NCBI GenBank assembly: GCA_041572575.1
Contig: JBFFSH010000008.1
Span: forward strand, 1 to 49,634
DNA length: 49,634 nucleotides
DNA from: Thermodesulfobacteriota bacterium
GTDB lineage: Bacteria > Desulfobacterota_D > UBA1144 > Nemesobacterales > N074bin48
Direction: 5' to 3'
Made by a program: the position numbers and the translations under genes. Each line of letters opens with the position of its first letter. Position 1 is the stretch's first letter. A model generated the notes under the pieces. That model saw nothing but the letters and a program-made list of their open reading frames with translations, searched no databases and was not told the origin of the DNA. Below, piece after piece: positions 28,098 to 37,088 of the stretch.

Positions 28098-29795
28098 ATG
28101 AAAATAAAATCTTACAATTTAGAAAAATATCATAAAGCAATTGATGCTCAGGTAAGCAAATTTGAAGAGCAGAGTATCATTCAAAATCTTTTTGCCCATG
28201 ACCATAAAATCTGGAGCGAAAGCCCGGATGAAATAAACAACAGGCTTGGATGGCTGGACAGCCCAGCAGAGATGCTTGAGAGTGTGGATGAAATAGACTC
28301 ATTTGTTACTGAGTGTAAAGAGGCCGGATTAAAAAAAGTGCTTCTTATGGGGATGGGCGGCTCAAGTCTTGCACCGGAATTATTTAATGAAATATTCAAT
28401 AGAAACCGAAAAGGATTGGAGCTTAGAATTGCCGACTCTACTCATCCGGATAAGGTTGCAGAATTAAGAAACTACTTTGATCCGAAAGATACACTTTATA
28501 TCGTCTCCACTAAATCAGGTGGCACTGTCGAGACAATTTCACTCATGAACTTTTTCTATAACCAGTGCTGTAATGTTTTAGGAACAGAAAATACGGGAAG
28601 CCATTTTGCAGCAATAACAGACCCCGGCAGTAAGCTCGAAGAGATGTCGGATGAATTAGGATTTAGAAAATGCTTCCTGAATGATCCTAATATAGGCGGC
28701 AGGTTTTCCGTGTTGTCATATTTCGGGCTCGTACCCGCAGCGCTTGTGGGAATTGATATAAAACAGCTTCTTCTTAATATTCTCGAATTCCAGAACATGC
28801 TGGATACAAACACTCTAAAGTTAGATGATCCCAATAATCCAGTCTATCTTGGAACGATTGCCGGTACGCTTGCAGAACAAGGATTGGATAAACTTACTTT
28901 TATAATATCTGAAGAACTAATAAACTTTGGCGACTGGTTAGAGCAGTTAATTGCAGAGAGCAGTGGGAAAGAGGGTAAGGGCATACTACCAGTCATAGAA
29001 AAAGAGATTGAAGATATTAATTCATATTCTGTAGACAGGCTATATGTTTGTATTAGTCTTAATAATGATTGTTCTTCCACTTCCAAAAAAATCCAGGATG
29101 CCGGATTACCTCTAATTGGCTTTGATCTTAAAGACAAGATGGAGCTTGGAACAGAATTCTACAGATGGGAAATTGCTACGGCTATTGCTTGTGCTGTCCT
29201 AAAAGTAAACCCATTCGATCAGCCAAATGTGGAGTCAACTAAAATAATTTCGAGACAGTTTCTTTCTGAGTATAAAGAAAAAGGTGAAATTACAGAGCCT
29301 GAATATATTGAAGTCGAGGACGCATTGAGAATAGTGGGGAGCGATATTTCGGCTAATCTCTCAGATACCATATCTGGTTTATTCTCCGGCAATAGAAATA
29401 ATAAATATATATCCATTCAGGCGTATATTTCTCAGAATACAGAAACGATAAGTAGGTTAGAAGAGATCAAGACAGCATTATATAAAGAGACAGGAATTCC
29501 CGTAACGATAGGGTTTGGGCCAAGGTTCTTACACTCCACAGGACAGCTTCATAAGGGCGACAGCGGAAATGGCATTTTTTTACAAATTGTTTCAGAACCG
29601 AAAGAAGATATTGAAATTCCTGACAGGGCTGGCAATAATAAATCGTCACTTAGTTTTGGAACACTCATGAAGGCTCAATACCTTGGTGACAGAAGTGCTC
29701 TATTAGATGCAGGAAGAAAAGTTCTTACAATTAATATTGGCACGAATATTACATCAGGTTTAAACAACATATTAGATTGTATTGATACTAAATAA
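28098..29795 (+). CDS. pgi: Glucose-6-phosphate isomerase (type found in Tal-Pgi fusions)
   Basis: LGWL, GMGGSSL, STKSGGTVET, IGGRFS, QLIAESSGKEG, NPFDQPNVE and GPRFLHSTGQLHKG. Confidence 0.92.
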   Translation: MKIKSYNLEKYHKAIDAQVSKFEEQSIIQNLFAHDHKIWSESPDEINNRLGWLDSPAEMLESVDEIDSFVTECKEAGLKKVLLMGMGGSSLAPELFNEIFNRNRKGLELRIADSTHPDKVAELRNYFDPKDTLYIVSTKSGGTVETISLMNFFYNQCCNVLGTENTGSHFAAITDPGSKLEEMSDELGFRKCFLNDPNIGGRFSVLSYFGLVPAALVGIDIKQLLLNILEFQNMLDTNTLKLDDPNNPVYLGTIAGTLAEQGLDKLTFIISEELINFGDWLEQLIAESSGKEGKGILPVIEKEIEDINSYSVDRLYVCISLNNDCSSTSKKIQDAGLPLIGFDLKDKMELGTEFYRWEIATAIACAVLKVNPFDQPNVESTKIISRQFLSEYKEKGEITEPEYIEVEDALRIVGSDISANLSDTISGLFSGNRNNKYISIQAYISQNTETISRLEEIKTALYKETGIPVTIGFGPRFLHSTGQLHKGDSGNGIFLQIVSEPKEDIEIPDRAGNNKSSLSFGTLMKAQYLGDRSALLDAGRKVLTINIGTNITSGLNNILDCIDTK

Positions 29796-30481
29796 TGGAC
29801 GTAAATGAACTTAGAAACAAAGCCGCTATAGAGGCTGTAAAAAATGTGGAATCAGGCATGGTGCTTGGCCTTGGAACAGGTGCAACCGCAAATCTAGCCC
29901 TGCAGGAACTTTCCAGATTAATAAACGAAGGTTCTCTAAAAGAGATAGTGGGCATACCCAGTTCTAACCAGACTGAAAAGCTGGCCTTGGAGCTTGGCAT
30001 ACCCCTTATTACTTTTGAGCAAAAAAGTGAAATCGATTTGAACATAGACGGTGCAGATGAAGTTGACCTCGATCTGAATTTAATTAAAGGCGGCGGTGGA
30101 GCGCTGCTTAGAGAAAAAGTCATAGCTCAGGCAAGCAATAAAAACATAATAGTCTGTGATCAGAATAAACTGTCTCCTAAGCTTGGTACGAAATGGGCAC
30201 TCCCTGTACAGATAATGGAATTTGCATATAGGCCCGTTGCCAAATTCGTAGAGGACTTGGGGGCAGATGTGGTTCTAAGAAAAAGTCAGAGCGGAGATAT
30301 ATTCAAAACCGAACAGGGCAACATAATTCTAGACTGCAATTTTGGACAAATTGATAATCTAAGCAATTTAAACCAGGCTCTAAACAACAAAGCAGGAATT
30401 GTAGAACATGGGCTATTTCTTGGCATAGCAGATGAAGTAATCGTTGGTAAATCAGACTCGGTAGAGACCTTAACAAACTAG
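29795..30481 (+). CDS. rpiA: Ribose-5-phosphate isomerase A
   Basis: GLGTG.T, IDGADEVD, IKGGGGALLREK and VEHGLF. Confidence 0.97.
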   Translation: MDVNELRNKAAIEAVKNVESGMVLGLGTGATANLALQELSRLINEGSLKEIVGIPSSNQTEKLALELGIPLITFEQKSEIDLNIDGADEVDLDLNLIKGGGGALLREKVIAQASNKNIIVCDQNKLSPKLGTKWALPVQIMEFAYRPVAKFVEDLGADVVLRKSQSGDIFKTEQGNIILDCNFGQIDNLSNLNQALNNKAGIVEHGLFLGIADEVIVGKSDSVETLTN

Positions 30482-30491
30482 CTCTTCTAAT

Positions 30492-31802
30492 ATGACTATC
30501 TATAACCTAATCAGTTTTGGCGGACTGTTTGTGCTTCTTGGTTTTGCCTATTTACTCTCAAGTGATAAAAAGAATGTTAATTACAGAGTAATCATCTGGG
30601 GAGTTTTAATCCAACTGATTTTTGGAATTTTTATATTCCTTATACCCGCCGGAACAAAGCTATTTCTCTATTTAAACGACATAGTGGTTCAGATAATGAA
30701 CTCTTCTGCCGAAGGAGCTAAGTTCCTTTTCGGAAGGCTTGCCCTTCCTCCCGGAACTGAGGATGAACACGGGCAGTCTTCCCTTGGTTTTTACCTGGCA
30801 TTTCAGGCACTACCTACTATAATCTTTTTCTCAGCCCTTATGTCCATTTTCTATTACTACGGGATAATGCAAAAACTCATAAAAGGCTTTTCATATATAT
30901 TTACGAAGTTGATGCGCATATCCGGAGCGGAATCTCTTAGTGCAGCCAGCAACATATTTGTGGGTGTGGAGTCTGCTTTTGCCATTAGACCGTTTTTGAA
31001 TCAGATGACAAGGTCGGAGCTTTGCACTGTTCTTACTGCAGGAATGGCAACAGTATCATCAAACATTCTTGCACTTTATATATTCATTTTACAAAGTGAA
31101 TTTCCAACCATCGCATCACACCTCATATCCGCATCAATTCTTTCCGCTCCCGCTGCAATAGTAATGTCCAAGATACTTCTACCCGAATCCGGTAAACCTG
31201 TGACACTTGGATTACAGGTAAATCCCTCGTATGAAAAAGAGAGCTCTATTTTCGAATCTATAATTAATGGAGCAAATGGCGGGGTAAAACTGATAGTCGG
31301 AATAGCAGCGCTTCTTGTAGCCGTGCTCGGACTTGTAGCTTTATTAAATCTATTTTTAAGTATGATAGGAACTCCAATGAATTCATTATTTGGTACTGAG
31401 TTCACATTATCCCTTCAAAATATTTTCGGATATATCTTTTATCCATTTACATTGATTATTGGAATACCCCTAACTGATGCATTCAACGTATCTAAATTAA
31501 TTGGGGAAAAAGTTATTCTTACTGAAGTAGTAAGCTATCAGGATCTGGCAGTTGCAATAAAAGATCAGGTTATTACTAACCCAAGGTCCATAGTGGTTAC
31601 CACTTATGCACTCTGCGGATTTACTCACCTTGCCTCACTCTCAATTTTTGTAGGTGGCGTGTCTGCGATTGCCCCTGATAGAAAACTGGACATTGCTTCA
31701 GTAGGTTTCAGAGCACTTATTGCAGCCACCCTTGCCTGCCTAATGACAGCCTGTGTTTCAGGCGTGTTCTTTACTGGCTCATCAATACTACTTCAAAATT
31801 AA
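30492..31802 (+). CDS. Concentrative nucleoside transporter (CNT/NupC family)
   Basis: LPTIIFFSAL, SGAES...NIFVG.ES, GMATV, SAPAA and YALCGF. Confidence 0.95.
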   Translation: MTIYNLISFGGLFVLLGFAYLLSSDKKNVNYRVIIWGVLIQLIFGIFIFLIPAGTKLFLYLNDIVVQIMNSSAEGAKFLFGRLALPPGTEDEHGQSSLGFYLAFQALPTIIFFSALMSIFYYYGIMQKLIKGFSYIFTKLMRISGAESLSAASNIFVGVESAFAIRPFLNQMTRSELCTVLTAGMATVSSNILALYIFILQSEFPTIASHLISASILSAPAAIVMSKILLPESGKPVTLGLQVNPSYEKESSIFESIINGANGGVKLIVGIAALLVAVLGLVALLNLFLSMIGTPMNSLFGTEFTLSLQNIFGYIFYPFTLIIGIPLTDAFNVSKLIGEKVILTEVVSYQDLAVAIKDQVITNPRSIVVTTYALCGFTHLASLSIFVGGVSAIAPDRKLDIASVGFRALIAATLACLMTACVSGVFFTGSSILLQN

Positions 31803-31854
31803 CATCTGCCCATTATTCTTTCCAATAAAAAATTTAATTTTTTTAAAAAAGCCC

Positions 31855-31889
31855 TTGACTTAAATACAATAGGTGTATATACTCCTATT
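31855..31889 (+). promoter_or_regulatory. sigma70 promoter of marR overlapped by a palindromic operator
   Basis: TTGACT (31855-60), 17 bp spacer, TATACT (31878-83); near-palindrome AATAGGTGTATATACTCCTATT (31868-89). Confidence 0.75.
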
Positions 31890-31892
31890 ATT

Positions 31893-32354
31893 ATGAAAGG
31901 AAATGTTAATGTGAACGAATTAAGTAGATACGAAATAGCCGAGTGTGCACAATGCACGGGCTTTAATCTGAAAAAAGCAACAAGAATAATACAGAACCGT
32001 TTTGACCAGGCATTTAAACCCGTAGGCCTCGAAGGGACACAGTATACGGTTCTGGCACATATCTTTGTACATGGACCAATATCCCTTTCAAAGGTTGCAG
32101 AATTAATGCATGTAGACAGAACAACTTTAGCACGTAACTTAGCACCTTTAGAGAGAAAAGACTTTATCAAAATTAAGCCCGGTATCGACAGGAGGTCAAA
32201 AATTATAAGCATTACTGATAAAGGTATGGAAGTTTTAGCAAAAGCCCTGCCACTTTGGAAAAAAACGCAGGCAGAAATTAAAGAAACATTAGGAATAGAA
32301 AATTGGAGTTCGATGTTATCAAATTTAGAAAATTTAGTGACTGAAATGAAATAA
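31893..32354 (+). CDS. MarR-family transcriptional regulator
   Basis: C.GFNLKKATR, QYTVL, VDRTTLARNL..LER, DRRSK and IT.KG; alternative GTG start at 31911. Confidence 0.93.
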   Translation: MKGNVNVNELSRYEIAECAQCTGFNLKKATRIIQNRFDQAFKPVGLEGTQYTVLAHIFVHGPISLSKVAELMHVDRTTLARNLAPLERKDFIKIKPGIDRRSKIISITDKGMEVLAKALPLWKKTQAEIKETLGIENWSSMLSNLENLVTEMK

Positions 32355-32367
32355 AAAAATTTGAATC

Positions 32368-32389
32368 TATATGTGCATATACACATATA
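32368..32389. promoter_or_regulatory. Second MarR operator candidate
   Basis: TATATGTGCATATACACATATA, same TG(T/C)ATATAC core as the site upstream of marR, next to SD AAGGAGG. Confidence 0.65.
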
Positions 32390-32407
32390 TAAAAGGAGGT
32401 TAGTAAA

Positions 32408-33517
32408 ATGAGTAAACCAAGAATACTAGTTACATCGGCTGCAGGACACACAGGATCGGTTGTGGTAAAGCAACTGCTTGAAAAAGGATTTCCAGTACGT
32501 GCATTTGTACGCAGACATGACGCACGGTCTGAAAAGCTTCGCAGAGCCGGTGCAGAAATATTTGCAGGAGACCTCTTCGATATGAGAGACATTAGGTCAG
32601 CACTAGTGAGTGTCCAGCGTGCTTACTACTGCCCTCCCTTTGCACCTAACCTTCTTCACGGTTCAATGCTCTTTCCACTGGCCGCCGAAGAAGCAAAGTT
32701 AGAGGTCGTAGCACTAATGAGCGGCTGGAACCCACACCCATCTCACCCATCAGTTATAACACGCGAGCACTGGGTAACTAATAACATATTTCAGTGGATG
32801 CCTAGTGTAGATGTAGTTTATGTTAACCCCGGACTTTTCGCATTCACATACTTTTTTGGCCTTCCGGCAGTGGCTAACTTTGGAAGACTCATGCTTCCAT
32901 ACGGTGAGGGTTTAAACGCTCCACCATCAAATGAGGATATCGCATCTGTAGTTAGTTCTATACTGCAAAACCCGGCTCCACATATAGGAAAGAACTACAG
33001 ACCTACAGGGCCAAAACTTATTTCCGGACACGATGTTGCTGATATATTAGGTCAAATTCTCGACCGAAAAGTAACTTATCAGGACGTACCCACATGGATG
33101 TTCACAAAGGCTGCTAAGGCACAGGGATTCTCAAATTTCGAGATTGCCCAGATCCGCCACTATGCTGAAGAAGTAAGAGGCGGCACGTTTGCAGTAGGAG
33201 CGCCAACCGATCATGTAGAAGTAGTAACCGGACGTCCGGCAGAGGACTTTGAGACGACCGCTCGCCGATATATACAGCACCCTGAACTTGTAATTCCTAA
33301 CTTCAAGATTGGAGGAAAGATAGGTGCAGCCTGGCTTATGATGAAAACAATGCTGACCAAGGCTCCTTATTTAGACAAATGGGAATCCGAGAGAGGCTAT
33401 CCGTTGTTAGGCTCACCCGTGCTTGCTCATGACAGTGAAGAGTGGCTACAAAGCGCAAAAAATAAAAATCTGGCTCTTATAGAAAACAATCAATCAATAC
33501 TAAGAGCCGTCGTCTAA
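32408..33517 (+). CDS. NmrA-family NAD(P)-binding protein (atypical SDR)
   Basis: ILVTSAAGHTG, VRAFVR, DIA..V and Y..TGP patterns. Confidence 0.9.
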   Translation: MSKPRILVTSAAGHTGSVVVKQLLEKGFPVRAFVRRHDARSEKLRRAGAEIFAGDLFDMRDIRSALVSVQRAYYCPPFAPNLLHGSMLFPLAAEEAKLEVVALMSGWNPHPSHPSVITREHWVTNNIFQWMPSVDVVYVNPGLFAFTYFFGLPAVANFGRLMLPYGEGLNAPPSNEDIASVVSSILQNPAPHIGKNYRPTGPKLISGHDVADILGQILDRKVTYQDVPTWMFTKAAKAQGFSNFEIAQIRHYAEEVRGGTFAVGAPTDHVEVVTGRPAEDFETTARRYIQHPELVIPNFKIGGKIGAAWLMMKTMLTKAPYLDKWESERGYPLLGSPVLAHDSEEWLQSAKNKNLALIENNQSILRAVV

Positions 33518-33570
33518 AGAATGAAAATCAAATTTTCATAAAATAATCCAATATATAGGAGGTAAGTAAA

Positions 33571-34425
33571 ATGAGTAAAAAGAGATTTGAGGACAAGGTA
33601 GTTTTGATTACAGGCGCATCAGGTGGTATTGGTAAAGCATCCGGTACAGATTTTGCCAGGGAAGGAGCAAAGCTTGCTCTGGTATCAAGATCAAAAGAAA
33701 AGCTTGATAAGGTTGCCGGGCATATAAAGCAATATACGAATGAAGTTATTACTATACCCACTGATGTATCGAACCAGGATGAAGTAAACAGTATGGTATC
33801 TCAGGTCATCGACAGATTTGGAAACATCGACTATCTGTTTAACAACGCTGGCAGCTCATATGTTGGGGGAATAGAAAAAAACGATTTTGCAGAAAATGTA
33901 AAAAGAATGTTTGAGGTTGATTATATGGGTACGGTCTACACAACAAAAGCAGTTTTAACCCATATGAAAAAGAAGGGCTCAGGTCACATCATGAATATGT
34001 CATCAGTCGTTGGAAGAAAAGCATTTCCTAAGTTTGGCGGTTATTCCAGCATAATGCATGCAATAACAGGTTTTTCTGCAGCATTAAGACAAGAGCTCAG
34101 AGACAGTGGGATAAAAGTATCTACAATTCACCCCGCTCTCACACAGACTAATCTGCTTGATCATGTAAACCCAGAAGACATGCCTCCGCCTTTTAAGAAT
34201 ATGACCCCAATGCCGGTAGAAAAAGTATCAAAAGCAGTGCTTGATGGGTTTCATTATAACCAGACGAGAATTGTAGTTCCATTCCAGCCCAAGCTTGTTC
34301 TTTTCTGGGATGCGGTTTCACCTGCAATTGGAGATTATTTTGTAAGGCTGTTATCAAAACGGACTTTTTCTCGACTAATAGGAATGTATAGAGGATCTCT
34401 GTATCAGCATGACACGGCAGTATAA
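33571..34425 (+). CDS. Short-chain dehydrogenase/reductase
   Basis: TGASGGIG, NNAG and MSSVVG; the catalytic YxxxK reads YSSIM (Lys absent). Confidence 0.92.
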   Translation: MSKKRFEDKVVLITGASGGIGKASGTDFAREGAKLALVSRSKEKLDKVAGHIKQYTNEVITIPTDVSNQDEVNSMVSQVIDRFGNIDYLFNNAGSSYVGGIEKNDFAENVKRMFEVDYMGTVYTTKAVLTHMKKKGSGHIMNMSSVVGRKAFPKFGGYSSIMHAITGFSAALRQELRDSGIKVSTIHPALTQTNLLDHVNPEDMPPPFKNMTPMPVEKVSKAVLDGFHYNQTRIVVPFQPKLVLFWDAVSPAIGDYFVRLLSKRTFSRLIGMYRGSLYQHDTAV

Positions 34426-34473
34426 ACATATATAATGACATTTAAAAATTAGCTGTAAAAAAAGGAGATTTAA

Positions 34474-35157
34474 ATGGATCTTGAAATCTTATGGGCAAGC
34501 GGAAGTCCTTATTCATGGAGCGTGCTGCTTGCCCTGGAGGTAAAAAAACTTGAATATAAATCCACACTCATAGAGCTTTTAAAGGGTGAGGGCAGAACAC
34601 AGGAATTTCTTAAAATGAACCCGCGAGGCAAAGTACCGGTCTTAAGAGATGAGCAGACATATATCAGTGAATCTCTTGCGATACTTAGTTATTTAGACAA
34701 GAAGTATTCCGAACCTTCATTGTTTGGGAATACTCCTCGAGAGGCTGCAGATATAATGAAAATTATTAGTGATTACAATAGTTATATTGCTCCAGACTTA
34801 AACCACCTTATTTCGTCTGCATTTTGGAGCAAGCCCCCAAACCAGGTTGGATTAGAGGAAGCTAAACAGGCTCTTTTTTATGAACTGTCAAACCTTGAGA
34901 AGATAGTTTCTGAATCAGAGTGGCTTGCAGGTGAAAACATTTCTGCAGCCGATATTATTATTTTCCCTTTTATGCAGCTTCTTAATAGATCTGAGGCTAA
35001 ACTACAAAAAGAAATCGGATACACGTTGATGTTCAGTCATACCAGGTTTCCAAAAATGTACGAGTGGATGAGAAGGTTTGAAGCTTTACCTGGCTATGAG
35101 AAAACATATCCTCCTCACTGGGAACAGGATAAAGGGTTGAATCATTATATCTCATAA
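34474..35157 (+). CDS. Glutathione S-transferase family protein
   Basis: SPYSW, NPRGKVPVL, ESLAI..YL and WLAGENISAADI. Confidence 0.95.
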   Translation: MDLEILWASGSPYSWSVLLALEVKKLEYKSTLIELLKGEGRTQEFLKMNPRGKVPVLRDEQTYISESLAILSYLDKKYSEPSLFGNTPREAADIMKIISDYNSYIAPDLNHLISSAFWSKPPNQVGLEEAKQALFYELSNLEKIVSESEWLAGENISAADIIIFPFMQLLNRSEAKLQKEIGYTLMFSHTRFPKMYEWMRRFEALPGYEKTYPPHWEQDKGLNHYIS

Positions 35158-35174
35158 ATATAATTCAATTTTTT

Positions 35175-35681
35175 TTAACTCAACATTACTGCACAAGCTA
35201 CTATCAGCACACTGATTACCACGTTTACCCTAGCAAGCCATGATACAAGCTTTTTACTCTTATTAAGATCAGACATTTTAGCAGGATTTGATTTGGAAGA
35301 TTGCAGTAATCTAAGATGTCTGGGCCCTAAAATAAAATCGTGAGACAAACTTAGCAATATCATAATAACAAACAAAATCAGTTTTATTGCAAGCACCTTA
35401 CCGAAGTGGGTAGATAATAAACTTCCCGAAGCTATCATCTCATGGGTGATTCCGCGGTTTATTACATTAATTAGCCCGGTGATGGCAAGAATTATAATCG
35501 CTATCCAGCCGATCTTTCTAAATCTCGTGGCCGTTGCCGAAATCACTTCGGTGCGTTTTTCTTGCGGCTGGAAGTTTCGGAGTGCGGGAATGACCACAAG
35601 CGCAATAAATAACATTCCGCCGACCTACACTATTGCGGACAATACATGAATCAAAACCACTAGGTTATGAACATAGAACAT
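35175..35681 (-). pseudogene. CopD/DUF4149-like membrane protein with TAG at codon 19
   Basis: MFYVHNLVVLIHVLSAIV*VGGMLF; TAG at 35627-35625 where the HxxxAxxWxGG Trp is expected. Later FGKVL.IKL and HDFILGP motifs are intact. Confidence 0.8.
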
Positions 35682-35733
35682 ACTTTATCACTTAACAACA
35701 ATTTATATTTGACCGTATTAGGTCATAAAACAG

Positions 35734-35958
35734 TTAATTTTTTCCAATCTTAAATATTGAACGAAAAGCAGCCCTAAAAACTTTAACCAATACACGCGGG
35801 CTTAAAAATATTTTGGTAAAGTACCATAAATCATCATCACTTAAAACGATACTTCCATACCACACACCCATTTGGGCGTTGAGTGCAACGACATCTTGTT
35901 CAACACTTACACTGTTTATTGAAACATCAAAAGTACCGGATTGTGTTAGAACTTTCAC
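35734..35958 (-). CDS. Small hypothetical protein
   Basis: GTG start (VKVLTQSG) with SD GGAGG; contains QMGVW; family not recognised. Confidence 0.6.
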   Translation of the reverse strand: MKVLTQSGTFDVSINSVSVEQDVVALNAQMGVWYGSIVLSDDDLWYFTKIFLSPRVLVKVFRAAFRSIFKIGKN

Positions 35959-36040
35959 GATTGCGCCTCCGAATTTTCTTATAAACAATTAAAACACTAT
36001 GTTATAATAGTTTCGGAAAATAATATAATGTATATACCAT

Positions 36041-36069
36041 AAAAGAAAAGGCGAGGAATCTCGCCTTTT
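36041..36069 (-). terminator. Intrinsic terminator
   Basis: Minus strand AAAAGGCGAG-ATTC-CTCGCCTTTTCTTTT. Confidence 0.8.
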
Positions 36070-36150
36070 GGGACGGTCCTTCAGAACCAAAGGATCCATC
36101 TCTAATACTTCCTGTCGCTCCCACCCAACTGCTTCCCTAACCTCCATTAA
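36041..36150 (-). ncRNA. Candidate GGA-rich small RNA (CsrB/RsmZ-like) or regulatory leader
   Basis: Six GGA motifs in about 70 nt (ATGGA, AGGGA, TGGGA, CAGGAAG, ATGGA, AAGGA), then a terminator hairpin with no credible CDS upstream on that strand. Confidence 0.45.
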
Positions 36151-36339
36151 TAATATAATCATTCCTATTCTTTATACCAGATCAAAACTACATTTTATTT
36201 CTTTAAACAATATATTTTTTAATACCATGACTAGAATGGCTCCGGATATAACGAAATTCTTATGTTAAATAAATACCCCGAATCCTTTTATATAGTCATT
36301 TGTCTAAATATATAAATACAAATTAAGGAGGTAACTGAG

Positions 36340-36600
36340 ATGAAAAAGTTACTAACATTAACAGCAGTTGCATTATCACTTGGGCTAAGCTCGGCAAGCT
36401 TTGCAGAATCTAATGTTTTTGGTGTGGATACACCTCTTACAAAACAGGAGATTAGAAGCAACGTGCAAGGCGGCAAAGTTCAAAAAGGATTGAATGATCT
36501 TTATTTATACTCTACTGATAGAGTTGAGATAGGTTATCAGGAAGTTACAAGCGAATCTGATAATTCCAACTATATCTTTGGAGTAAAAATTAATGTATGA
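36340..36600 (+). CDS. Small secreted hypothetical protein
   Basis: SD TAAGGAGGT, signal peptide MKKLLTLTAVALSLGLSSASFA, own terminator. Confidence 0.85.
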   Translation: MKKLLTLTAVALSLGLSSASFAESNVFGVDTPLTKQEIRSNVQGGKVQKGLNDLYLYSTDRVEIGYQEVTSESDNSNYIFGVKINV

Positions 36601-36633
36601 GACAAGCAATATCCTCCATCCTCCTTTTATGAT

Positions 36634-36671
36634 AACTGGGAGCAGGTATCAACATCTGCTCCTGGTTTTTT
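36634..36671 (+). terminator. Intrinsic terminator
   Basis: AACTGGGAGCAG...CTGCTCCTGGTT stem followed by a T run. Confidence 0.8.
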
Positions 36672-36686
36672 CCATTTTAAGGCGTG

Positions 36687-36715
36687 TTGACACTGATATC
36701 AAAAAGTGCTAACTT
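36687..36715 (+). promoter_or_regulatory. sigma70 promoter of the cold-shock gene
   Basis: TTGACA, 17 bp spacer, extended -10 TGc-TAACTT; implies a ~85-nt 5' UTR, as typical of csp genes. Confidence 0.6.
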
Positions 36716-36806
36716 TCTATGTAATGTCAGTTGCTGGATCATCTTTACTAAAATTCATTCAATTACTGGCAAATAATTTTTCAATAGTTAAGGAGCATTT
36801 TACATT

Positions 36807-37016
36807 ATGGCAGAACGCGAAGTTGGGACCGTTAAATGGTTCAATTCCACCAAGGGGTTTGGATTTATAGAACGCGAAGGTGGCAAAGATGTTTTTGTAC
36901 ACTATAGTGCACTTGAAGGAGCAGGCTACCGCTCTTTGGAAGAAGGACAAAAAGTAGAGTTTACAGTAGTTGAAGGTGAAAAAGGCCCACAGGCACAAGA
37001 CGTAACAACAGCTTAG
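36807..37016 (+). CDS. Cold-shock protein (CspA family)
   Basis: GTVKWFN..KGFGFI, DVFVHYS, L.EGQKV and KGPQA. Confidence 0.98.
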   Translation: MAEREVGTVKWFNSTKGFGFIEREGGKDVFVHYSALEGAGYRSLEEGQKVEFTVVEGEKGPQAQDVTTA

Positions 37017-37088
37017 TAATTTCATCAAGCTGTCTTATATCTTCACTTTTTATCATCATTCAAAATTAGATTAACAGTAAATCTTCGC

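Noticed and set aside
31799..32592. Antisense ORFs of 195 and 104 aa, and the many other short overlapping ORFs in the track
   Set aside because: They shadow well-supported genes and show no recognisable motifs.
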